Assembly (NCBI GenBank): GCA_963845605.1
Contig: CAWJSS010000002.1
Location: forward strand, 343,018 to 407,017
Direction: 5' to 3'
Origin: an uncultured Acidimicrobiaceae bacterium
Lineage (GTDB): Bacteria; Actinomycetota; Acidimicrobiia; Acidimicrobiales; Palsa-688
DNA: 64,000 bases
This document shows positions 9,747 to 22,317 of the stretch, piece after piece. Both the position numbers and the translations under genes were made by a program. Positions within the stretch are counted from its first letter, which is position 1. Every line of letters starts with the position of its first letter. The notes beneath the pieces were generated by a model. That model did not search any database, was not told the DNA's origin, and was given only the letters and a program-made list of their open reading frames with translations.

Positions 9747-10820
9747 GTGCGCGTACTGGTAGCCATGTCCGGCGGAGTGGACTCGTCAGTAGCCGCCGCC
9801 CTGATGCTCCAGGAAGGCCACGAGGTCGTCGGGGCCACGATGAAGCTGTGGGGCGGCCCGTCGGACTCGGGTTGCTGTTCTGTGGCGGATGTCGAGGACG
9901 CACGGCGGGTAGCACAGCAGCTCGGCATCGCCCACCACGTGTTCAACTTCACTGGCGATTTCGACCGCGACGTCGTGGAGCCGTACGTGGCCGGGCATAC
10001 GCAGGGCTTGACCCCGAACCCTTGCATCGCCTGCAATACGCACCTGAAGTTCGACCGGTTCCTGGAACGGGCCGTTCTGCTCGGTTTCGACGCCATCGCC
10101 ACCGGCCACCATGCTCGAGTGGTGGAGCCAGCGGAGGGTCACGGGTGGCAGTTGCGACGCGGGCGGGACGCGGCCAAGGACCAGTCCTACGTCCTGTACA
10201 TGCTGGGCCAGGGCCAGCTGGCTCGGTTGTACCTGCCAGTCGGAGAGATGACCAAAGACAGAGTGCGAGGCGTAGCCGACGAGCTGGGCCTGCGTACGGC
10301 GGCCAAGCCGGACAGCCAGGACGTCTGCTTCATCTCGAAGGACGCAGGTAGGAACGGCTTTCTCTCCGATCGAATGCCAGTCACCGGCGGCCGGCTGGTC
10401 ACGACCGCCGGCGACGACATCGGGCCGGTCCAGGCGCTCGAACTGCTCACGATCGGCCAGCGGCGGGGGCTCGGCCTGCTGCCCCGGTCGCGGCCCGAAC
10501 GCCGGTACGTCGTCGACGTCGACCTGACCGGGCGGACCGCCACCGTCGGGGACCTGGAGGACCTGCTCGTGGACCGGACCGCGGTAGTCGACATCTCCTG
10601 GTCGACGGGAGTGCCCGTGGCGCCGGGGACCACCGTGGAAGCGCAGTTGAGCGCGCACGGGAGGCCGTTGCCGGCGACCTGGGAGGGTGGCGAGGCGGGG
10701 GCGGGTGTGGTCGTCTTCGTAGAGCCGACGAGGCGGGTAGCCCCCGGTCAGGCCGTCGTCCTGTACGACCCCGAGGTGGGCGGTGAGGACGTAGTGCTGG
10801 GAGGGGGTATGGCCGTCTGA
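9747..10820 (+). CDS. mnmA: tRNA 2-thiouridine(34) synthase
   Basis: Contains the PP-loop RVLVAMSGGVDSSVAAALM and CIACNTHLKF. The 357-aa length is typical. The GTG start falls immediately after the iscS stop. Confidence 0.92.
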   Translation: MRVLVAMSGGVDSSVAAALMLQEGHEVVGATMKLWGGPSDSGCCSVADVEDARRVAQQLGIAHHVFNFTGDFDRDVVEPYVAGHTQGLTPNPCIACNTHLKFDRFLERAVLLGFDAIATGHHARVVEPAEGHGWQLRRGRDAAKDQSYVLYMLGQGQLARLYLPVGEMTKDRVRGVADELGLRTAAKPDSQDVCFISKDAGRNGFLSDRMPVTGGRLVTTAGDDIGPVQALELLTIGQRRGLGLLPRSRPERRYVVDVDLTGRTATVGDLEDLLVDRTAVVDISWSTGVPVAPGTTVEAQLSAHGRPLPATWEGGEAGAGVVVFVEPTRRVAPGQAVVLYDPEVGGEDVVLGGGMAV

Positions 10821-10996
10821 GGTCTGGCCGGCGCGCCGGATAGCCGTAGATAAATGCACTCAGCGCCGCCCGTACGGGGGCCGTCTGGTGCAACTTTCGC
10901 CTGGCGGGGCGCGTCTGTAGTGCTTTTTATCCGGGTTCCGGGCAAAACTGCCCGCGACGCCGGCCCATGTGCGGCCGAGGCGCCTATGGGGCGTAG

Positions 10997-13081
<2,085 letters not shown>

Positions 13082-13099
13082 GGCCGGCGCACATTGGCC

Positions 13100-13159
13100 G
13101 CCGCTGCGGATCGCCCTGCACCGCCCGGCGCCGGCCGCTGCGGATCGCCCTGCACCGCC
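13100..13159. repeat. 26-bp direct repeat x2 (gccgctgcggatcgccctgcaccgcc), period 34, just after the ligA stop
   Basis: Identical 26-mers at 13100-13125 and 13134-13159, read directly. Confidence 0.9.
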
Positions 13160-13205
13160 ACTTGCCTTCAATTTGCGGTCTGTTTCGGTGCAAGCACTAG
13201 CTCTG

Positions 13206-13250
13206 GGCGTGGTTTTTGCCGAAAGACGACATGAATCGCGCCGAAAGCCG
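13206..13250. repeat. 45-bp dispersed intergenic repeat, copy A (partner at 36247-36291)
   Basis: ggcgtggtttttgccgaaagacgacatgaatcgcgccgaaagccg aligns without gaps to ggcgtgatttttgctgaaaatcgacagttatcgcgccgagagccg at 36247-36291 (37 of 45 identical by hand count). Both copies are intergenic. Confidence 0.75.
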
Positions 13251-13314
13251 GTCCATGCACCGAAACACCGGCCCAGCAGCGGCGCGTGGGCCTGCGGTCC
13301 CGGTCCCGACTGCG

Positions 13315-13731
13315 CTACTGGTGCCGGACGCGGTCCAATTGGCGCCGGTCTCGCTTGGTGGGCCGGCCCGCGCCACGTTCCCGGGCGAAGTTCGCCGGTT
13401 GCAGCTCGGCCGGCGGCGGAGGGGGGCTGTGGTCGATGTAACAGCCCACGGCCACGGAGGCGCCGACCCGCTTCTCGATGATGGCGGTCACTTCGAGGAC
13501 ATGTTCCCGACCATTGCAGAGGGCCTCGACGGTGTCTCCGGGCCGGACCATGCTGGCCGGCTTCGCCCCCACCCGGTTGACCTTCACATGACCGGCTCGG
13601 CAGGCGTCCGTGGCGGCGGTGCGGGTCTTGTACACCCGTACGGCCCAGAGCCACTTGTCCACCCGTGCCCCGGGTTGCGCGGTGCGGGGGGCGGGCGCAG
13701 CGGCGCGAGCGGCTTCGCTCACCTCGCTCAC
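13315..13731 (-). CDS. RNA-binding S4 domain protein (Hsp15-like)
   Basis: The core KWLWAVRVYKTRTAATDACRAGHVKVNRVGAKPASMVRPGDTVE resembles the S4/Hsp15 fold family. The upstream part of the 226-aa ORF is Arg/Pro-rich junk, so a GTG at 13731 (or 13722) is the more plausible start. The start is uncertain. Confidence 0.6.
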   Translation of the reverse strand: MSEVSEAARAAAPAPRTAQPGARVDKWLWAVRVYKTRTAATDACRAGHVKVNRVGAKPASMVRPGDTVEALCNGREHVLEVTAIIEKRVGASVAVGCYIDHSPPPPPAELQPANFARERGAGRPTKRDRRQLDRVRHQ

Positions 13732-13759
13732 CAGAGCGCCGCCCGAGCGGCCGCGCCCT

Positions 13760-14341
13760 TCACTCTGTGATCTCCTGCAGCCGGGTGGCCACTTGCATTG
13801 CGTGCTGGCCTCCGAAGCCGAACCCCTGCTGGCCAAACGGGCCCTGGTTAGCCTCCCCAGGGGCGCTGGCGGCCGGCGCCGGCCCGCCGTCCCCCTGGCT
13901 GGCTGAGCCCTGGCTGGCTGGGCCCCGGCCCGCAAAACCTTGGCCGGGCGCCGTCGTACCGCCCGAGCCGGGAAAGATGCCGCTGCGAGGGTCAAGGAGC
14001 TTGCTCAAGTCACCGTCCACCTTGATCCGCCCGCCGAGGAAGGCTTGCAGGACGGCCTGTACGTCTCCCTGGACGAAAAGGGACCGCGCCGTGTCGTAAC
14101 CGAGCGAGATGGTGACGTCAGGGTCGGGGACGTGGCCTACGTCGATGTCGAAGCCGCCCGCGGAGGTGTCGACGTGGGCGTCGATCGGGGCCGGCGAAAA
14201 CGGGGCGTCTGTGACGACGAGGTTGACCCGTACGGGCGCCAGCCCGGTGGCGCCGGCGGTGGCGCCACCCGTACCGGACTCGGCGTAGATGCGCCTGGCT
14301 TCGCCCACCCACTCATCGCTCAAAAAGGCATACTTCGTCAT
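13760..14341 (-). CDS. SCP2 sterol-binding-like domain protein with Gly/Gln-rich tail
   Basis: N-terminus MTKYAFLSDEWVGEARRIY...VNLVVTD...DVTISLGYDTARSLFVQGDVQAVLQAFLGGRIKVDGDLSKLL resembles actinobacterial SCP2-domain proteins. The C-terminal ~60 aa are low complexity. Confidence 0.6.
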   Translation of the reverse strand: MTKYAFLSDEWVGEARRIYAESGTGGATAGATGLAPVRVNLVVTDAPFSPAPIDAHVDTSAGGFDIDVGHVPDPDVTISLGYDTARSLFVQGDVQAVLQAFLGGRIKVDGDLSKLLDPRSGIFPGSGGTTAPGQGFAGRGPASQGSASQGDGGPAPAASAPGEANQGPFGQQGFGFGGQHAMQVATRLQEITE

Positions 14342-14450
14342 GCTCGTCGCTCAACCTCGTCGTCCTGGATAGCCGTTCGGCTCCATATCGTCTTCTGCGC
14401 TCTCTGAAGGTAGCGCTTCCGCCAAAGCCACGTGTCGTTACGATGACCGA

Positions 14451-14769
14451 ATGGCCCCAGATCCAGCGGTCCAGCGAATCTCCAGGAACGACGTCGCTCA
14501 CGTAGCCCGCCTGGCCCGCCTCGGCCTCTCGGAGGAAGAACTGGACCGCTTACACCACGCAGCTGGCTGCCGTCCTTGAGCACGCCGCTGACATAGCCGC
14601 CCTTGACATCGAGGGACTGCCGCCCACTGCGCACCCGTTCCCGCTGGTAAACGTGGTGCGCGACGATGTGGTGCGGCCCTGCCTGGACCGCGACGAGGTC
14701 CTGTCCCAGGCGCCTGATGTCGAAGCCGACCGCTTCCGGATCCCGCGCATCATGGGTGAAGCCCCGTGA
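14451..14769 (+). pseudogene. gatC: Asp/Glu-tRNA amidotransferase subunit C, interrupted by a +1 frameshift near 14550-14553
   Basis: Frame 0 from ATG 14451 gives MAPDPAVQRISRNDVAHVARLARLGLSEEELDRL and then stops at 14577-14579. Frame 1 continues from 14554 as TTQLAAVLEHAADIAALDIEGLPPTAHPFPLVNVVRDDVVRPCLDRDEVLSQAP...GEAP, ending at TGA 14767-14769, which overlaps the gatA GTG. Both halves look like GatC. A TACGAT box at 14439-14444, 6 nt before the ATG, would fit a leaderless transcript (speculative). Confidence 0.75.
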
Positions 14770-16232
14770 CCGCAGACCGGCCCCAAGTGGCCGAGTCGGC
14801 CATCGACATAGCCTCAGGCGTCCGCAACGGGGAGCTGTCGGCCGTCGATGTCCTCGAAGAGCACCTGGCCCGCGTGGCGGACGGTGAGCCCGACGTGCAT
14901 GCGTTCAACTTCGTGATGACTGACCACGCCCGGGCCCGGGCCAGCGAGGTCGACGGTCAAGTGGCCGCCGGCCGGGACCCCGGTCCCCTCGCCGGCGTGC
15001 CGGTGGCCCTGAAGGACCTCTTGTGTACCCGGGGCGTGCCGACCACCTGTTCCTCACGGATCCTCGAGGGCTGGCTACCCCCTTATGACGCCACTGTTGT
15101 CAGGCGGCTCTACGCCGCGGGGGCCGTTTTTGTCGGAAAAACGAACATGGACGAGTTCGCCATGGGCTCCTCGACGGAGCATTCGGCGTTCGGCCCCACC
15201 CATAACCCGCACGACCTCAGCCGAGTACCTGGAGGGTCGTCGGGGGGCAGCGCCGCCGCGGTGGCAGCGAGGTTCGCCCCTCTCGCTCTGGGCAGTGACA
15301 CGGGAGGCTCGATCCGCCAGCCGGCATCACTGTGTGGCGTGGTCGGAGTCAAGCCCACTTACGGCCTCGTCTCCCGTTATGGGCTAATCGCCTTCGCCAG
15401 CTCCCTTGACCAGATCGGCCCCCTCGCTACCAATGTGGCGGACGCGGCGTTGCTGCTGGACTGCGTGTCGGGCCACGACGAACTGGACTCGACCAGCCTT
15501 CCCGGCGACCACCCGGCGGCGGTGTCCAAACTGGGGCAGGGCATCGACGGCTTGCGGGTCGGCGTGATCTCTGAACTGGCGGGGGCGGAAGGTATAGCCA
15601 CCGACGTCGCCGCCCGAGTGAGCGAAGCGGCCGATGCTCTTGCCGGTGCTGGCGCCAAGGTCGAAGAAATTAGCGTGCCCTCCGTTCAGTACGGGTTGTC
15701 CGCCTATTACATGATCGCTCCCGCTGAGGCCTCTTCCAACCTGGCCCGCTACGACGGCGTACGTTACGGCCTCAGGGTGCCGGGCGCTGACATCACCGAG
15801 ATGTACATGGCCACCCGGGAAAGCGGGTTCGGGCCCGAGGTGAAGCGGCGCATAATGCTCGGGACATACGCGTTGTCAGCCGGCTACTACGACGCTTACT
15901 ACGGCAAAGCGCAAAAGGTGCGGACGCTTATAATCCGCGACTTCGAGGAAGCGTACCGGTCCTTTGACGTCCTGCTCTCTCCCACGTCACCGACGACGGC
16001 CTTTCCCCTGGGGGCCAAGACGTCCGACCCGCTCACCATGTACCTGAGCGATGTCTGCACCATCCCGTCCAACTTGGCCGGCCACCCCGCTGTGAGCGTC
16101 CCGTTCGGCACCGGTGACGATGGCCTCCCGGTCGGCGTGCAGGTGCTGGCGCCGGCCCTGGGCGAGCCGGTCATGTTCCAGGTGGCCCAGGTGCTAGAGA
16201 GCCTGGCCCCGAAAAGGGCAAGTGCGCAATGA
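14766..16232 (+). CDS. gatA: Asp/Glu-tRNA amidotransferase subunit A
   Basis: Amidase signature [12 protein letters not shown]...[11 protein letters not shown]. 488 aa. GTGA overlap with gatC and ATGA overlap with gatB. Confidence 0.93.
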   Translation: MTADRPQVAESAIDIASGVRNGELSAVDVLEEHLARVADGEPDVHAFNFVMTDHARARASEVDGQVAAGRDPGPLAGVPVALKDLLCTRGVPTTCSSRILEGWLPPYDATVVRRLYAAGAVFVGKTNMDEFAMGSSTEHSAFGPTHNPHDLSRVPGGSSGGSAAAVAARFAPLALGSDTGGSIRQPASLCGVVGVKPTYGLVSRYGLIAFASSLDQIGPLATNVADAALLLDCVSGHDELDSTSLPGDHPAAVSKLGQGIDGLRVGVISELAGAEGIATDVAARVSEAADALAGAGAKVEEISVPSVQYGLSAYYMIAPAEASSNLARYDGVRYGLRVPGADITEMYMATRESGFGPEVKRRIMLGTYALSAGYYDAYYGKAQKVRTLIIRDFEEAYRSFDVLLSPTSPTTAFPLGAKTSDPLTMYLSDVCTIPSNLAGHPAVSVPFGTGDDGLPVGVQVLAPALGEPVMFQVAQVLESLAPKRASAQ

Positions 16233-17692
16233 GTTCTGCTGAATTAATGGCGGGTTGGGAGACCGTCATCGGGCTCGAAGTCCACTGCGAGCTACGGACA
16301 AGGACGAAGCTATTTTGCTGGTGCCCGAACGCCTTTGGTGACGAACCTAACACCAACGTCTGCCCCGTCTGCCTGGGGCTCCCGGGGTCTTTGCCGGTGC
16401 TCAACCGGCAGGCCGTTGATTACGCCATCCGGATCGGAGTGGCGCTGAACTGCCAGGTGCAGCCTTCGCTTTTTCACCGGAAAAACTATTTCTACCCGGA
16501 CATGCCCAAGGATTACCAGATCAGCCAATATGACGTGCCTATAAATATTGACGGCTGGTTGCAGCTCCCGAGCGGGGCGCGAGTGGGCATAATCCGGGCG
16601 CACATCGAAGAAGACACCGGTAAGACCACCCATGTCGGTGGCGGCGGCCGCATACATGAAGCAGCCCACTCCCTGGTCGATTACAACCGGGCCGGGGTGC
16701 CGCTGGTTGAAATCGTTTCCGCCCCTGATATACGCAGCGCCGACCAGGCGCGTGAATATGTCGAAGAGCTGCGGGCTGTTCTGGTGGCGACGGGCGCGTC
16801 CGACGGGAAAATGGAGGAAGGGTCGTTGCGGGTCGACTGCAATGTGTCGGTCCGGCCAGAGGGGTCGACGGAGCTGGGGACCCGCTGCGAGATAAAGAAC
16901 ATGAACTCGTTGCGCAGCCTCGTTCGCGCCGCAACATACGAAGCGGTCCGCCAAGTGGAGCTGGTCAGTAGCGGGGGCGAGGTAGTGCAGGAGACCCGCC
17001 ACTGGGACGAGGCGGACGGGCGGACGCATTCGATGCGCTCCAAAGAGGAGGCATTCGACTACCGCTATTTCCCCGAACCCGACCTGGTCGCCCTCGACCC
17101 GGGCCCCGAATGGGCCGCGGAGGCCAAGGCCTCGCTACCCGTGCTCCCCGCCGAAAGGCGGGCTCGAGTGGCCGCCGCCGCCGGCGCGGACGCGTCAGCC
17201 GACGCGGTGGCCACGGTGGTCAGGTTGGGCCTTGACGAGATCGTGGCCGCGGCCGTGGCGGCGAAGGTCGACCCCGGCCTCGCTCTCCGGCGGTTGGCCA
17301 ACGAGGTTGCCGGTGAGCTGGCCGACGCCGAGGGCCTCCGCACGGATGACTTCGACGCTGACGGTTTCCTGCGCTTGGTGGCCCTCGAACAAGGCGGAGA
17401 GCTGACGCCAGCCCAGGCCCGAACAGTGCTGAAGGTGCTGGTGGCAGAGGGTGGCGACCCGGCTTCAATTGCCGCCGGCCTGGGGTTCCAGGCCATGGCG
17501 GTGGATGCCATCGAGGAAGTCGTGGACCAGGTCATTGCCGCCAACCCTCGCGAGTGGGAGCGCTACGCCGGGGGCGACGACAAGCTGGCCGGCTTTTTCA
17601 TCGGGAAGGTGAAAGCGGCCACGGCCGGGAACGCAGACCTGCGGGCGGCGTCCGACCTCCTTCGGCGCCGCCGCCAGGCCGGGGCCGGTTAG
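16229..17692 (+). CDS. gatB: Asp/Glu-tRNA amidotransferase subunit B
   Basis: Contains [13 protein letters not shown] and [14 protein letters not shown]. 487 aa, with a C-terminal YqeY-like tail. Confidence 0.93.
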   Translation: MSSAELMAGWETVIGLEVHCELRTRTKLFCWCPNAFGDEPNTNVCPVCLGLPGSLPVLNRQAVDYAIRIGVALNCQVQPSLFHRKNYFYPDMPKDYQISQYDVPINIDGWLQLPSGARVGIIRAHIEEDTGKTTHVGGGGRIHEAAHSLVDYNRAGVPLVEIVSAPDIRSADQAREYVEELRAVLVATGASDGKMEEGSLRVDCNVSVRPEGSTELGTRCEIKNMNSLRSLVRAATYEAVRQVELVSSGGEVVQETRHWDEADGRTHSMRSKEEAFDYRYFPEPDLVALDPGPEWAAEAKASLPVLPAERRARVAAAAGADASADAVATVVRLGLDEIVAAAVAAKVDPGLALRRLANEVAGELADAEGLRTDDFDADGFLRLVALEQGGELTPAQARTVLKVLVAEGGDPASIAAGLGFQAMAVDAIEEVVDQVIAANPREWERYAGGDDKLAGFFIGKVKAATAGNADLRAASDLLRRRRQAGAG

Positions 17693-18210
17693 CCCGGCTT
17701 GGCCGGTTGATAGCGCAGGTCGCCGGCCAGGTTGACCACCGTCACGGCCAGATGATGCTCGACCCCAGCGATCTCCGCAGTGCAGCCGAACCCGAGGCCC
17801 GGGTGGGCTACCAGCAGCGGCGGTAGGGCGCACGCTACCGAGACTGGGCGGCCGGCCTTCTTCGAGAGGCTCTGGCCGATCTTGGTCTCCGCCCCCGACT
17901 TCACGACGACGACGCCGGCCGCATGGACTACGACGTGGCCGCCTGGTCCGGTCACCGTCCCGGCCACCTGTAGGGGCTGGCCGTCCAGGGTTGTCGTGCA
18001 GGTGAAGTGGGTGCCAGTACTGTCAGGGACTCCGGCCGGGCAATCGACGCGTGGGGGCACGACCTTGTAGGTGCGGGCCAGCTCGGCGGCGATCTTGGCC
18101 TCGATGCCGGCGGACGACAGCGTGCTGTTAGGGGAAAGAGAGCAGCCGGCGAGACCGTCGCCAATGGCCGCGACGGCGAGGATAGCCGTCAGGGCCCGCC
18201 GAAGGGCCAC
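17689..18210 (-). CDS. lipoprotein with two DUF4333-like modules
   Basis: Signal peptide plus lipobox (AVAAIGDGLAGC|S). It has two repeats of the pattern K/E..A..L......V.CP...........C of small actinobacterial lipoproteins. Its stop overlaps the gatB stop (convergent genes). Confidence 0.6.
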   Translation of the reverse strand: MALRRALTAILAVAAIGDGLAGCSLSPNSTLSSAGIEAKIAAELARTYKVVPPRVDCPAGVPDSTGTHFTCTTTLDGQPLQVAGTVTGPGGHVVVHAAGVVVVKSGAETKIGQSLSKKAGRPVSVACALPPLLVAHPGLGFGCTAEIAGVEHHLAVTVVNLAGDLRYQPAKPG

Positions 18211-18371
18211 AGGGCCCGGCCTCGACGGTGGCCGAGAGATGTCCCCGATACGGCGTTACGAGTACCCGTCGCCCCTTGCCGTTGGAAGGCGGCAAGGCTT
18301 GACAGCCGTCGCGGTGAGCGGCCACTATCTCTGCCCTCAGCTACTTCCGCAAACGTCTTTAGGGTGTCCAT

Positions 18372-20050
18372 ATGCCGAGCGACCTCAAACCACGCAGCCG
18401 CCAAGTGACCGACGGGCCCGACGGCCCGGCGCGGGCCATGCTCCGGGCCGTCGGGATGACCGACGCGGACTGGGACAAGCCCCAGGTAGGCGTGGCTTCC
18501 TCCTGGAACGAGGTCACGCCCTGCAACATGCCGCTGGACCGGCTGGCCAAGCGGGCCAAGCAAGGCGTCCGTGACGCCGGCGGCTTTCCCCTGGAGTTCG
18601 TCACCATCGCCGTATCGGACGGCATCTCAATGGGGACCGAAGGGATGCGGGCGTCCCTGGTCAGCCGGGAAATCATTGCCGACTCTGTCGAAGCGATGAT
18701 GCATGCCGAACGGTTCGACGCCCTGGTGACGCTGGCCGGGTGCGACAAGTCGCTGCCGGGGATGCTCATGGCTGCTGCTCGCCTCAACCTGCCCTCGGTG
18801 TTCCTGTACGGCGGGACCATACTGCCAGGACGGGGGGCCCACGGCGAGGCGCTGGACATTGTCAGCGTTTTTGAAGCCGTCGGTGCCCGAGCGGCGGGAA
18901 AGTTGACCGACGACGAACTTGACCTCATCGAGCGCCGGGCGTGCCCCACTGAAGGCAGCTGTGCAGGCATGTTCACCGCCAACACGATGGCCTCAGCGGC
19001 TGAGGCCCTGGGTATGGCCCTCCCCACCAGCTCGAGTGCCCCCGCTGTCGACCGGAGGCGCGACGACTACGCCTACGAGTCCGGCCGCACGGTGGTGAGC
19101 CTGCTCGAAGCCGGCATCAGGCCCCGCCAGATAATGACCAAGGCGGCGTTCGAAAACGCCATCGCCGTGGTCATGGCGCTGGGAGGCTCGACCAACGCGG
19201 TGCTCCACTTGCTCGCCATCGCCCACGAGGCCCAGGTCGAGCTGGCGCTGGAAGACTTCGACCGCATCGGCAAGGCGGTACCGCACGTGGCTGATATGAA
19301 GCCCCACGGGCGCTTCCACATGGTCGACCTCGACCGCATCGGGGGGCTGCCGGTCGTTATGAAGGAACTACTCGATGCCGGTTTGCTGCACGGCGACTGC
19401 CTCACGGTGACCGGTCGCACCGTGGCCGAGAACCTGGCCGCGCTCGACCCCCCGGGCCCTGACGGTGACGTCGTTCGCGAACTCTCACGTCCCCTTCACG
19501 CCGACGGCGGCCTTGCCATCCTGCGGGGCTCGCTGGCGCCGGCCGGTGCCGTGGTCAAGATCGCTGGCCTTGACTTCGACCGCTTCGAGGGGACGGCGCG
19601 GGTGTTCGACGGCGAGCAAGCGGCGCTGGAGGCGATCCTGGCCGGTTCCATCCAACCGGGCAGCGTGGTGGTGATCCGCTACGAGGGGCCGAGGGCGGGC
19701 CCGGCATGAGGGAAATGCTCGCAGTTACCGGTGCCATGACCGGTGCCGGTCGGGGAGCCGATTGCGCTCTGGTCACGGATGGCCGCTTCAGTGGCGGTAC
19801 TCGCGGCCTCTGCATCGGCCACATCGCCCCCGAGGCCGTGGATGGCGGGCCCATCGCCCTGGTTGCCGACGGCGACACGGTCAACGTCGATGTCGCCAAT
19901 CGCCAGATCGACCTGAATGTGCCGGCGTCAGAGTTGGCCACGCGACGCGCCAACCTCAAGATGCCCGAGGCTCGCTACCGCCACGGGGTGCTGGCTAAGT
20001 ACGCCCGGCTGGTGACCGGCGCCGACAGGGGAGCCGTTACGGAGCCCTAA
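18372..20050 (+). pseudogene. ilvD: dihydroxy-acid dehydratase, split by a 1-nt deletion at ~19701-19706
   Basis: ORF 18372..19709 ([28 protein letters not shown] ... [13 protein letters not shown]) and ORF 19706..20050 ([10 protein letters not shown]...[21 protein letters not shown]) are the two halves of IlvD. The conserved [12 protein letters not shown] junction is restored by adding one G to ggcccgg-catg. Confidence 0.9.
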
Positions 20051-20297
20051 GCCCGCCTGGGGACCCCAGCCCCAGGCTCCTCCCGGAGGTGGGGACCCAA
20101 CCCCGCCCCGGGCCGTTGGCCCTAAGCCCGCCTGGGGACCCCGGCCCCAGGCTCCCTCCCGTCCGGAGGCAGGGACCCCAACCCCGCCCCGGGCCGTTGG
20201 CCCTAAGCCCGCCTGGGGACCCCGGCCCCAGGCTCCCTCCCGTCCGGAGGCAGGGACCCCAACCCCGCCCCGGGCCGTTGGCCCTAAGCCCGCCTGG
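20045..20297. repeat. 81-bp tandem repeat, ~3.2 copies, between convergent ilvD and the acyl-CoA dehydrogenase gene
   Basis: Units start at 20045 (a divergent 75-nt copy), 20119, 20200 (these two are identical 81-mers) and 20281 (partial). Each unit contains the hairpin gcctgggg-accccgg-ccccaggc, and gggcc-gtt-ggccc spans each unit junction. Confidence 0.9.
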
Positions 20298-20357
20298 GTG
20301 GCCCTGGCTACGCCTCTCCTTCATGGGTGGGTTCATGGCCAGGCACCAGTGGGCTCA

Positions 20358-22283
20358 TCAGGGAAGGGTCGAGGATGCCGGCTTCGGCCCAGGTGTAGTC
20401 CCCTGACAGCACCTTTTGGGCGGCGCCGTAGTTGTCGTCGTCATCGTTGTGCCACAGCTCCGAGAAGAGCCGGTCAACCCGGCGGCGGGAGCCACGGCAA
20501 AACAGCAATGCCAGTTCGACCGCTCCCCTCCTCCCTCTGCCGATTTCCCGTCGGCCTTGCCGTCGTCGAGCAGCATTTTGGCCCGGACGCAGGCGGCCGT
20601 CATGGCGAACAGCTCAGCACCGATGTCGACCAACCGGCCCAAAAAGCCCTGCTTCTTTTCCAACCCGGCCTGCCAGCGCGACATCCCGTAAAACGTGGAG
20701 CGGGCCAGTTTTCGGCACGAGCGTTCGACGAAGCGCAGCTCCGACGCCAGCGGTTCACCGACCTCTTCATAGGAGCCCGGCTTCAGCCCGGGGCCGTAGA
20801 CAAGGTTTGGCAGCCACTTGACGTAGAACCCGGCGGCAGACTTCGCGCTCTGGGCTTTGTCGGCCGGCGTCGCCTTGGGGTCGACGAGGGCGCCGGCTAC
20901 TGAAAGGTGCTGGTCGACCGCTTCCCGGGCGATGAGCAACTTCATGATCTCGGTCGACCCCTCGAATATCCGCGAGATGCGCAGATCTCTCAAGATCTGC
21001 TCGGCGGGCACGGGCCGTTCGCCCCGAGCCCGCAGCGATTCGGCCGTTTCATAACCGCGGCCGCCCCGGATCTGCACCATCTCGTCGGCCACCTGCCACG
21101 CCGCTTCGGAGCAGAACAGCTTGGCCAGAGCCGCTTCCAACCGGATGTCGTTGCGTTCCTCGTCGGCCAGCATGCTCGACAGCTCGACCACGGCATCCAT
21201 CGCGTACGTCTTGGCCGCGATGTCAGCCAATTGGAGGGCCACGGCCTCGTGCTTGCCGATCGGCGCCCCCCATTGCACCCGTTCGTTTGACCACTCACGG
21301 GCGTACTTGAGGGACAGCTTGGCCGACGCGGCGCATAAGGCCGGCAGCGAGAGGCGTCCGGTATTGAGCGTGGTGAGGGCTACCTTGAGGCCTCGGCCAG
21401 GGTCGCCGACCATGTTCTCAGCCGGGACGCGCACGTTCTCGAACTGGATCAGCCCGTTTTCAATGCCCCGCAAGCCCATGAAACTGTTGCGGGTGATGAT
21501 GGTCACCCCCGGCGAGTGCGCCTCGACTACGAAAGCGGTGATGCCGCCCCGCTTACCCTCGCTCGGCGGGACGACCGCCATCACGACGAGAAGGCTGGCG
21601 ACAGTGCCGTTGGTGGCCCAGAGCTTCGTCCCGTTGAGGAGGTATGCCGCCCCATCGTCGACGGGGGTGGCCGAGGTGGTCATACGGGCCGGGTCACTGC
21701 CTACGTCCGGCTCGGTGAGCAGGAACGCGCTCACTTCATCCCGGGCCAAGCGGGGGAGGAACTTGTGCTTTTGCTCGTCGGTCCCGAAGAGCTTCAGGGG
21801 CTGGGGCGCACCGATCGACTGGTGGGCGGAGAGCAGGGTGCTGATGGCCCCGCTGGCCGTCCCGGCTAGCGCCAGTGCCCTGATGTAGTACAGGTGGCTC
21901 AGCCCGAGACCGCCGTACTTCTCGTCGATCTTCATCCCGAGGGCGCCAATGTCGCACAGGCCCTTCAGCACGTGGTCGGGGATCTTGGCGTCGTGCTCGA
22001 TCTCCAGCGGGTCGACGTGAGCGCGCAGGAAGCTCTCCAGCTTGGCCAGGAACTCTTCTCCCTTGGCCATCTGGTCTGCGGAGGGCCGCGGGTGAGGGTG
22101 GACCAGGTCGAGGCGCAGCCGGCCGAGGAACAGCTCTTTGGCGAAACTGGGCTTGGCCCACTCCTTCTCCCGGGCGGCCTCGGCCACCTGGCGTGCCTGC
22201 TCTCCCGTCGCTCCTGCCTGAGCTGGTGCTGCGGTGGGACTGGACGTACCGCTCGTAGAACTACTGGTCGTATCAGTCATCAA
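20358..22283 (-). CDS. acyl-CoA dehydrogenase, long (VLCAD/ACAD9-like) form
   Basis: 641 aa with an ACAD core (GGLGLSHLYY..., TEPDVGSDPARM, RGGRGYETA..., LRISRIFEGSTEIMKLLIAREA) plus a ~180-aa C-terminal extension, as in very-long-chain type ACADs. Confidence 0.88.
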   Translation of the reverse strand: MMTDTTSSSTSGTSSPTAAPAQAGATGEQARQVAEAAREKEWAKPSFAKELFLGRLRLDLVHPHPRPSADQMAKGEEFLAKLESFLRAHVDPLEIEHDAKIPDHVLKGLCDIGALGMKIDEKYGGLGLSHLYYIRALALAGTASGAISTLLSAHQSIGAPQPLKLFGTDEQKHKFLPRLARDEVSAFLLTEPDVGSDPARMTTSATPVDDGAAYLLNGTKLWATNGTVASLLVVMAVVPPSEGKRGGITAFVVEAHSPGVTIITRNSFMGLRGIENGLIQFENVRVPAENMVGDPGRGLKVALTTLNTGRLSLPALCAASAKLSLKYAREWSNERVQWGAPIGKHEAVALQLADIAAKTYAMDAVVELSSMLADEERNDIRLEAALAKLFCSEAAWQVADEMVQIRGGRGYETAESLRARGERPVPAEQILRDLRISRIFEGSTEIMKLLIAREAVDQHLSVAGALVDPKATPADKAQSAKSAAGFYVKWLPNLVYGPGLKPGSYEEVGEPLASELRFVERSCRKLARSTFYGMSRWQAGLEKKQGFLGRLVDIGAELFAMTAACVRAKMLLDDGKADGKSAEGGGERSNWHCCFAVAPAAGLTGSSRSCGTTMTTTTTAPPKRCCQGTTPGPKPASSTLP

Positions 22284-22317
22284 TCCTCAAGCATCCCACT
22301 TCGCTAGGTTCTTTTCC

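Noticed and set aside
20037-20406. ORFs of 99 aa (minus) and 105 aa (plus) across the 81-bp tandem repeat
   Set aside because: The reading frames exist only because the repeat unit is a multiple of 3 and G+C-rich. The products are pure PG/RG repeats, and both strands are open equally.
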